DNA of 61,680 bases, filler included. It is 4 parts of 4 records of this genome, joined end to end, with 100 filler letters (N's around TTAATTAATTAA, not from the genome) between each part and the next. Parts side by side here need not be neighbours in the genome. Positions count along the whole stretch, not along the records: positions 55,017 to 61,680 come from SRR20825006_2552; 3 more parts are not named here. The stretch is one strand, 5' to 3'. This document shows, one piece after another, positions 57,420 through 61,680 of the stretch. The position numbers were made by a program, and so were the translations under genes. The notes beneath the pieces are model-generated. The model saw only the letters and a list, made by a program, of their open reading frames with translations. It did no database searches and was not told the origin of the DNA. How positions within the stretch are numbered: position 1 is the first letter of the stretch; each line of letters opens with the position of its first letter.

Positions 57420-57531
57420 TGGAAAGTGAAAAATGAAAAGTGAAGAATGAAAAATGAAAAGTGAAAAATGAAAAGTGGAAAGTGGAAAGTGGAAAATGGA
57501 AAATGAAAAGTGAGAAATGAAAAGTGAAAAG
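57420..57531. repeat. Heptamer tandem repeat (TGRRRAR) x16
   Basis: TGGAAAG TGAAAAA TGAAAAG TGAAGAA ... in exact 7-bp register. Confidence 0.95.
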
Positions 57532-57554
57532 TGAGGTGTTAGAATTGAGGATTT

Positions 57555-57578
57555 GGGTTTTGGGTTTTGGGTTTTGGG
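57555..57578 (+). repeat. (GGGTTTT)3GGG heptamer repeat, canonical G-quadruplex motif
   Basis: Four G3 tracts separated by T4 loops. Confidence 0.85.
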
Positions 57579-57581
57579 CAG

Positions 57582-57624
57582 AAAAAAATTCCAACTACGG
57601 GCTTCGGTTTCTGCAGTTGGAATT
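57582..57624 (-). terminator. Intrinsic terminator of the 57653-58393 gene
   Basis: Minus strand AATTCCAACTGC...GTAGTTGGAATT followed by a T-tract. Confidence 0.8.
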
Positions 57625-57652
57625 AGGTGTATTAAGTAGTATTGGAATTGAT

Positions 57653-58393
57653 TTAAAAGCTATAGCTAAATGGTCTATTAAATGCGATTCCTTTAATTTG
57701 TCCGAATTCTGGACTTCTAGCGCCGAAGATTGATTTGATGTATTTTTTTACAGCGGCGGCGGTTGATATTAGCCCAGCGTTTTCTAGATATAGGGTTCTG
57801 TTTCGCAGAAGCCTTGCGTTGCTAATAGCTGTATGTGCTATAGACACATTTGCATTGCTTAGTACTAATTGGTCTGCCCTAGCCTTTAATGCTGGAATTG
57901 CTAAATCAGCTTCGTTGGGTGCATAGCTTGGTTCAGATTCTAAGACTGTTATTAGTGCTTTGAAATGCTGAATTAGCTGATCATAGGATTGTTGACTGGA
58001 ACTAATAGTATAAGGTGCAGGTTCTGCAGGGTCTATTGGGATTATAATTTTGGAAGCCCTTTTGCCTTGTATTTTCCGATTATAACCTTTTGCATCATTA
58101 ATTTTTTCTGTGTTCGCTGCTGTGGTTTGAAATGCGTTTAATATCCTTGTGGATAATTTACGCAACCCCTCAAAAGCTTCTACCCGATCGTTTACTTTGT
58201 TATTGTACTCGGTGTTAAACTCTATTACGTTTTGCAAGCTGTTTGTTGCGGTTGTGTAATAAAGTGAGAGCTGTGGATAAGCTAAGCTGGCATTGTTTGG
58301 ATTGTACGTAATGCCATAGCCATTTACAAATGCTAATAGGTCTTGAAAATTCGCTACGTTTCTTGCATGACCGACTTCTGATCTTGATCTCAT
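57653..58393 (-). CDS. Conserved Bacteroidota hypothetical protein (SE.GHA.NVANF family), predicted helical
   Basis: MRSRSEVGHARNVANFQDL...YNP...SSSQQSYD...YAPNE...VKKYIKSIFG; start at ATG 58393. Confidence 0.8.
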   Translation of the reverse strand: MRSRSEVGHARNVANFQDLLAFVNGYGITYNPNNASLAYPQLSLYYTTATNSLQNVIEFNTEYNNKVNDRVEAFEGLRKLSTRILNAFQTTAANTEKINDAKGYNRKIQGKRASKIIIPIDPAEPAPYTISSSQQSYDQLIQHFKALITVLESEPSYAPNEADLAIPALKARADQLVLSNANVSIAHTAISNARLLRNRTLYLENAGLISTAAAVKKYIKSIFGARSPEFGQIKGIAFNRPFSYSF

Positions 58394-58677
58394 ACTAAAA
58401 ATATTTAAGTTATTACAGCAGGACTGCGCCAGCAATCCCTACCTAAATGTAGCTGATACTAAGGTAATTAGCTTGCGGTAAACCCCCCATTTTGTAGGGG
58501 GATTTCCCCCAATTTTATAAAAGGCTGAATTTATTGGGGTTTTGGAGGGTGTTGGGAGGTGTTTTTGGGGGTTATACTCTTAATAGTATAGGATAAAGAT
58601 GTAAAAATGGCTGATATTTTTAATTAAGGGGGTGGAAATAATCAATTAATTATTGTGGTTTTATAGCTTCAAATATT

Positions 58678-59337
58678 TCATTCTAAATGCTTTTTAATAA
58701 TTAAAGAAGGGTCGGTTTTTTTATTTGTCCAATCAGAAATACTTGGATGGGCTGCTATAATTACTTTCTTATTATTATCATTTTTAAAAACTTGAGTTTT
58801 CCACTTTCTGTTGTTGTTTTCAATAAATTGGTCAATTAAAATATTTGCTTTCAATTTCTTTTTTACAAAAATCCCAGGTGTTTTTCCGAAACATAAAATA
58901 GTTTTAATATTTAAATCATTAATTACCTTTTCGTGAAAACTCCAACATTTTTCAGCGTATTCATTGTATAATTCTTTTATATCATTTTCTCTTGATGATC
59001 TTACAAAAACAACATTACTTGCAGGCACTTCATATGGGGATAATTCCAAATTTTTCAATAAATGTAATATTCTCGGTTGTAAACCTTGCGCTCCTGGAAC
59101 GTTTCCATTCCAACTTTCATCTTTATAGGAAGACCAATTTGGTGTTTTATAAGATAGAACTTTTTCTGTATGCCATTTTAAAGTTTCGCTTTTTTGTTTT
59201 ACAATATTTCCTCCAGGGTTTATGCCCAATAAATATAAATTCTTATTCCCCGAAAAGGCATTTCGTCCAGAATAAAATACAGAACCCGAAACTTCTAATA
59301 AATCATTTGGAATTATTTTAGCAAATATTTCAATCAT
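58678..59337 (-). CDS. Uracil-DNA-glycosylase-superfamily protein
   Basis: LLGINPGG (motif A-like), SNVVFVRS, ILCFGK, AAHPS (motif B-like). Confidence 0.7.
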   Translation of the reverse strand: MIEIFAKIIPNDLLEVSGSVFYSGRNAFSGNKNLYLLGINPGGNIVKQKSETLKWHTEKVLSYKTPNWSSYKDESWNGNVPGAQGLQPRILHLLKNLELSPYEVPASNVVFVRSSRENDIKELYNEYAEKCWSFHEKVINDLNIKTILCFGKTPGIFVKKKLKANILIDQFIENNNRKWKTQVFKNDNNKKVIIAAHPSISDWTNKKTDPSLIIKKHLE

Positions 59338-59406
59338 TTTTATTGGGTTAGTGTAATGTGTGGGGTGATGATTTTGATAGGAAAATTGTTACCCTTAAAG
59401 TTAATT

Positions 59407-61680
59407 TTAAATCTCATTCAAAATTTCCACAAACTCTCCAACAACTTTCATTTCTGTAGCATTTTCTTCCGTAATGATGATGTTTTGATACATACTATCA
59501 AAAGAGTTTGGTCTTAATACAATGGAAATATGTCCCCATGTTTCTTCCAAAACAGACTTTTCACTTGAATAGGTTTTGATAGTAAAAGCTGAGTTGAAAT
59601 CAGGATCTTGAACCTCCCTATATTCTACTAAAACGATTTTACCATTTCTGCTACCTCCAGTATATGGCTTAAACAAACAAATTGAACCATTCGGAATGAC
59701 TCTATTCATAGATTCACCAATAATTCTACAAGCGAAATAATTGTTTTTTGAACTGTTTTCAGGGCCTTCAATAAGTTTGAAATCCTTCTCGGATTGCAAT
59801 TCGCTGAATGTGCCTGCGGCAGCGTAAAAGTCAAATAATGGAATTGGATTTTTCAACTTATCTTCGAACCTGAAAGATTGTTGAATAGGAATTACTTTGT
59901 TAGTTTTTATTGGTTTAACACTCTTTATTACTGGCTTCTCCTGTAAGTAGTTGTACATTGTTGATGTAACAGGATCAGCTAAATTGAATCTTATTTTCAC
60001 CACAGGAAGTTGCTTCCCTTTATCGTTAGGCATCGTGGTTTGTTTCACTGTATTCAGTTTAGGAGATATTTCACCCATGTAATAGAAGTCCATTCCTTCA
60101 TCATTATTTTTCTTAATAAATAAAGGAAGGCGAATTGGTCCATTTTGACCTAATATTGATTTAACGTCTTTACTGTTAATTTTTCGGTTGGACTTAGACA
60201 TCCAATCAAACTCTTTATTATTTACAAACTCATCTTCATACTTGGTGGATTCCGCAATATGATCTTCTTTGTGATAATTTACAAAAATTGGACAATGCTC
60301 ATTATTTGGACTAACTAAATATCCACCCACATTTTGGGCTATGGGATTTTCGGAAACATTCAATATTCTAAAAACATCTTTTCGAGAATACTTTCTGTAT
60401 AGTACAAATCCATTTTGCCATTTGACTGCATCAAATAATCTATCAAATTCATATATAGAGTAAACTACAGAATCTAGTAGAAATCGCTTAAACACAGTTT
60501 GGTTCAAGTGTTTTTTAAAAGCGTTTGAAAAGATAAATTCTCCATTAACGATACTAAGTGTTTCTATTTCATATATCTCTTTAGCAGACAGCATTTTGCC
60601 ACCTTTCTTTTCGCGAACAAACTCAAAATTTAAATTAGACACACAAGATTTAATAGTCTCATCGGTTATTGAATAATGATACTTCTTAAGAACCATTTCT
60701 TTCAAATTTTTCACCGAAAGTTCACCTGAATTAATAAGTAATTTGAGGATCAGACTTTCCTCAAGCCGTTTCGAGTTATTTATTTCTTTAGAAAACAGCT
60801 CCAATAGTTTCACTTGTAGCTTAGATAATTCTGAGTTTTCGATTGTATCAACCTTTGAGACAAAATTGTAATAGGAATTCGAGTAATCAACAAATAAAAA
60901 AGGATCGCGAGAACCATGCTCTATAAAATCCATCATCATCGGAGGTCGACCTAACTTAAACTTTAATAGATTGTAATCCTTTTTTAAATCTGCTAGCAAT
61001 TTCATATTCGCAGAATCAATGGATTTAAAGATTTTATCTTTTGTTATTTCATCAAAATTAATGGTCGAAGCTCCAGAAATCATTCTACTTCCTTCCGTTA
61101 ATAATTTCCTCAAAGAGTCTTTGTTGTATGATGTATCGCCATACAAAGCAATTGGAATAAGGTAATTGTTTTCATAGTTACCAATGAAATCGATAACCGT
61201 CAGATAGCCTTTTCCATCCACTTTTCTTAATCCCCTTCCCAATTGTTGAATGAAAATTATAGCAGAATCTGTGGGCCGGAGCATAATAATTTGATTGATT
61301 TTGGGTATATCAATTCCTTCATTAAAAATATCTACAGTGAATATATAATCGAGTCTTTCACTCAGATTATCGGTCTCTAGTTTTTCAATTGACCTAGCTC
61401 TTTTTTCCTCAGAACTATCTCCAGTTAAAGCAACAGTATTAAACCCCTTTGAATTAAATAATTCAGATAATTCTATGGCTTCTTTTTTTTTGGAGCAGAA
61501 GATTAAACCTCTTGTTATTCCATTATCGCTTCCATAAAATTTTGCTTGTTCAATGATTCTTTCTACCCGTTCACTTGAAATTAAATATCTGAAATCTGAT
61601 TTGTTATCGACTTCAGTGTTATCAATAGATAAATCAGTAACGCCATAGTAATGAAACGAACTAAGCATTTCCTCTTCCAT
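59407..61680 (-). CDS. SF2 helicase + DUF3427 + C-terminal S24 peptidase-like domain (SauUSI-like type IV restriction protein), 5' part outside the window
   Basis: Helicase-C motifs GLIFCS, FTVDIFNEGIDIP, LRPT.S..IFIQQLGRGLRK, VIDFIGNY; DUF3427 YSRKDV...IFVNYHK...YEDEF...WMSK...FYYMG; S24 AAAG, GESM, TIK. The first Met is internal because the gene is cut by the window edge. Confidence 0.9.
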   Translation of the reverse strand: MEEEMLSSFHYYGVTDLSIDNTEVDNKSDFRYLISSERVERIIEQAKFYGSDNGITRGLIFCSKKKEAIELSELFNSKGFNTVALTGDSSEEKRARSIEKLETDNLSERLDYIFTVDIFNEGIDIPKINQIIMLRPTDSAIIFIQQLGRGLRKVDGKGYLTVIDFIGNYENNYLIPIALYGDTSYNKDSLRKLLTEGSRMISGASTINFDEITKDKIFKSIDSANMKLLADLKKDYNLLKFKLGRPPMMMDFIEHGSRDPFLFVDYSNSYYNFVSKVDTIENSELSKLQVKLLELFSKEINNSKRLEESLILKLLINSGELSVKNLKEMVLKKYHYSITDETIKSCVSNLNFEFVREKKGGKMLSAKEIYEIETLSIVNGEFIFSNAFKKHLNQTVFKRFLLDSVVYSIYEFDRLFDAVKWQNGFVLYRKYSRKDVFRILNVSENPIAQNVGGYLVSPNNEHCPIFVNYHKEDHIAESTKYEDEFVNNKEFDWMSKSNRKINSKDVKSILGQNGPIRLPLFIKKNNDEGMDFYYMGEISPKLNTVKQTTMPNDKGKQLPVVKIRFNLADPVTSTMYNYLQEKPVIKSVKPIKTNKVIPIQQSFRFEDKLKNPIPLFDFYAAAGTFSELQSEKDFKLIEGPENSSKNNYFACRIIGESMNRVIPNGSICLFKPYTGGSRNGKIVLVEYREVQDPDFNSAFTIKTYSSEKSVLEETWGHISIVLRPNSFDSMYQNIIITEENATEMKVVGEFVEILNEI

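Noticed and set aside
57420-57531. Repeat array as a possible CRISPR
   Set aside because: Contiguous 7-bp units with no spacers and no cas genes.
57370-57594. 74-aa ORF rich in FHFS
   Set aside because: Translation of the heptamer repeat, not a credible protein.

Overview
The window is not one genomic locus. It is four unrelated contigs joined by artificial 100-bp spacers (N44-TTAATTAATTAA-N44) at 17275-17374, 37659-37758 and 54917-55016. Contig 1 (1-17274, AT-rich, Flavobacteriaceae-like) carries a SusC/SusD locus apparently dedicated to aminophosphonates. It has four exported phospho-ester hydrolases, a PbfA-type ammonia-lyase, an XRE-cupin regulator with a repeated candidate operator, a DUF5690 permease, a TIGR03364 FAD oxidoreductase and a PhnX-like HAD hydrolase. 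Contig 2 (17375-37658, GC-rich, Myxococcota/Bradymonadia-like) holds many orphan lipoproteins, YheU, DUF3750, DUF3141, an LRR protein, a CpaB-CpaB-vWA fusion and several perfect inverted repeats. It also encodes an excisionase-type HTH fused to a degenerate PilB/GspE ATPase, preceded by 10-bp phased repeats. Contig 3 (37759-54916, Flavobacteriaceae-like) is a partly decaying general-stress island (SDRs, YciF, HPF, dodecin, MgtC, Csp3, DUF2383, DUF421, SemiSWEET) with at least four pseudogenes. Contig 4 (55017-61680, Flavobacteriaceae-like) has a CLC-family protein, a truncated pdxH, heptamer repeats and a UDG-like gene. It ends in the 3' part of a SauUSI-like helicase-DUF3427 protein with an intact LexA-type S24 autocleavage domain at its C-terminus. 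All family assignments come from motif recognition by eye; no database search was run. No rRNA, tRNA, CRISPR array or transposase was recognised.
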